Below, one piece after another: positions 63,013-64,000 of a DNA stretch of 64,000 nucleotides (the stretch's first letter is position 1; each line of letters opens with the position of its first letter). A model generated the notes under the pieces. That model was not told the origin of the DNA. It saw nothing but the letters and a program-made list of their open reading frames with translations, and did no database searches. Location of the stretch: the NCBI RefSeq assembly GCF_011386835.1, contig NC_088792.1, forward strand, positions 201,686,001 to 201,750,000, in the 5' to 3' direction. The stretch comes from Chrysemys picta bellii. Taxonomy: Eukaryota. Both the position numbers and the translations under genes were made by a program.

Positions 63013-63765
63013 TGTACTGTAGTGGTTCCAGACCCTTTGCTCTAGCATGTCTGATACTATGCCTGCCCCTCTTGCTGCTATCCTTCTCTGCTACTGTTCT
63101 TCCCAAGCCTGTCCCTCTCCCTCTGCTATTGTCCCTAACTTGTCCCTGTTCCCCATTCTGTTCCTTGCGCCTCTACGAGAGTCATGCTGCTGCTTTTTTC
63201 TCCTCCATGCTACCTGGGCACCAGAGGTGGGGGCACTGAAAGCACAGAAGAGACAGTCTCCCTATTCTCAGTTCTTGCGCCACAGCAACCCCTAGCAGCT
63301 AGGAGGGGCAATTACAGGGGAAGTCCAGCTTAGTTTCAGTTGTCCAGGCTTGGAGCATGCTTAATGCAGACGGAATCCTTTGAGAATTTAGCTGCCAAAT
63401 TCTAAGAAACTTCTACTGTGCATGTTCAAGTTGTGACGTTCAGAGGCCTATAATGCAGCCAAATTCGGGTGGATTTTCAGAGAGGCAGAAAAATGAAACT
63501 TCCTGAGTAAGTTCCTGCTCCAAAACATAAACATGTTAGAGCTTCTCAACTAAATGGTTGGAAGAATTTTTTTAACATGGGCAAAACAATGTATTTTCCC
63601 CTTATCTCATACTCTGAAACGGCGGAATCATTTTTGTTTTTTTAAGTTTCAGCAAAAAGTGCCCATGGCTGACATCTGGCATGGAAAAATTCAGCCAAAA
63701 GGGTTAAAGTCTGGCAAAATTATAAGCAACTGAAAACTGCATCTATAATAGAAACTCTTAGCAAC

Positions 63766-64000
63766 TAAAATGATTAAGGGTTTGGAATGGGTCCCATATG
63801 AGGAGAGATTAAAGAGGCTAGGACTTTTCAGCCTGGAAAAGAGGAGACTATGGGGGGATATGATAGAGGTATATAAAATCATGAGTGGTGTGGAGAAAGT
63901 GAATAAGGAAAAGTTATTTACTTGTTCCCATAATAGAAGAACTAAGGGCCATGATATGAAATTAATAGGCAGCAGGTTTAAAACAAATAAAAGGAAGCTC
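63766..64000 (+). mobile_element. CR1 LINE 3' ORF2 fragment running off the window end
   Basis: Translates as KMIKGLEWVPYEERLKRLGLFSLEKRRLWGDMIEVYKIMSG...MKLIGSRFKTNKRK, a typical CR1 C-terminus. Confidence 0.9.

Overview
AT-rich vertebrate genomic DNA whose repeat content (CR1, DIRS, Penelope-like, Utopia, hAT/Tigger/Harbinger MITEs) points to a turtle. The only host coding sequence I can support is one 98-nt minus-strand exon (54375-54472) of the G-protein alpha subunit gene GNAL (G-alpha-olf). I found neither flanking exon, so the rest looks intronic: more than 54 kb downstream and more than 9.5 kb upstream. The introns are packed with decayed mobile elements: two DIRS tyrosine-recombinase retroelements, two Utopia (U2 snRNA-targeting) non-LTR fragments, a CGGBP1-related hAT transposon, three CR1 fragments, four Penelope-like terminal pieces and many MITEs with readable TIRs and TSDs, several of them nested. 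Highlights: (1) a U2 snRNA 5' fragment fused to a truncated Utopia copy; (2) a second Utopia copy whose 3' flank is the U2 target motif TCTGTTCTT; (3) Penelope fold-backs carrying minimal hammerhead ribozyme motifs, one complete and in GNAL-sense orientation but masked by its own inverted arm; (4) a 139-bp segment shared by unique intron DNA and the interior of the CGGBP1-like transposase; (5) a DIRS copy that keeps its ITRs and a two-part ICR. All family assignments come from motif recognition by eye; no database search was run.
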